This document shows, piece after piece, positions 43,706 through 43,869 of a stretch of DNA of 43,869 bases; the stretch's first letter is position 1; every line of letters starts with the position of its first letter. The stretch lies in UHGV virus genome UHGV-0210493; one strand, given 5' to 3'. A program made the position numbers and the translations under genes. The notes under the pieces were generated by a model, which saw only the letters and a program-made list of their open reading frames with translations, was not told the DNA's origin and searched no databases. Origin of the DNA: a virus.

Positions 43706-43869
43706 TTCTTCACCGTCCTTGATCGTAATTCAAATACTGCTTCGTCATAGATCATTAGCAGTAACATTGCGACACAAGGGAATCCGATGACTAGCCACGT
43801 TGGTGGTTCTGATGAAATCAATGCTCCCAATGCGAAGATGACAAGAACAAATGTTGTGCGTCTGATCCA
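43702..43869 (-). CDS. C-terminal part of a small membrane protein whose 5' end lies beyond the window end (matches 1..15 if circular)
   Basis: Open frame to the window edge; hydrophobic TFVLVIFALGALI...GFPCVAMLLLMIY. Confidence 0.45.
   Translation of the reverse strand, partial: WIRRTTFVLVIFALGALISSEPPTWLVIGFPCVAMLLLMIYDEAVFELRSRTVKK

Overview
The window reads as a near-complete or complete temperate siphovirus (prophage-type) genome from a low-GC Firmicutes host. An ArpU-family regulator and the Amidase_2 endolysin architecture suggest an Enterococcus-like host, but that is inference. Almost all genes lie on the minus strand as one long lytic transcription unit. In transcription order it contains: a replication/recombination module (Sipho_Gp157, a Sak4-like AAA_24 ATPase, an SF2 helicase, a DUF669-like protein with an SSB-type DDDLPF tail, a prim-pol/D5 primase, and an iteron-rich putative origin); a block of small early ORFs (YopX, VRR-NUC and others); an ArpU-like late regulator; a structured non-coding region with a tRNA-like element and a tRNA; an HTH-metallophosphoesterase; TerS/TerL, portal, SPP1-gp7-like head morphogenesis protein, scaffold, lambda-D/E-like decoration and capsid proteins, head-tail connectors and major tail protein; a G/GT chaperone pair with a -1 frameshift; tape measure, Dit, a tail lysin with M23 peptidase and a beta-helix receptor-binding protein; and a holin-amidase lysis cassette. 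The lysogeny module lies on the plus strand: a cI-like HTH-S24 repressor, a lipoprotein and a large serine recombinase. Opposite it are cro-like and Rha antirepressor genes, with three copies of a palindromic operator. The accessory loci are an AT-rich cell-surface polysaccharide modification cassette (acyltransferase_3 plus a Wzy/EpsG-like membrane protein) between the tail fibre and the lysis genes; an acidic small-ORF moron flanked by a 26-bp duplication of the endolysin 3' end; and a tRNA / tRNA-like / phosphoesterase cluster. The two window ends join in-frame inside a small membrane-protein ORF, and the gene order only makes sense as a circle, so the window is most likely a circularly permuted complete phage genome.
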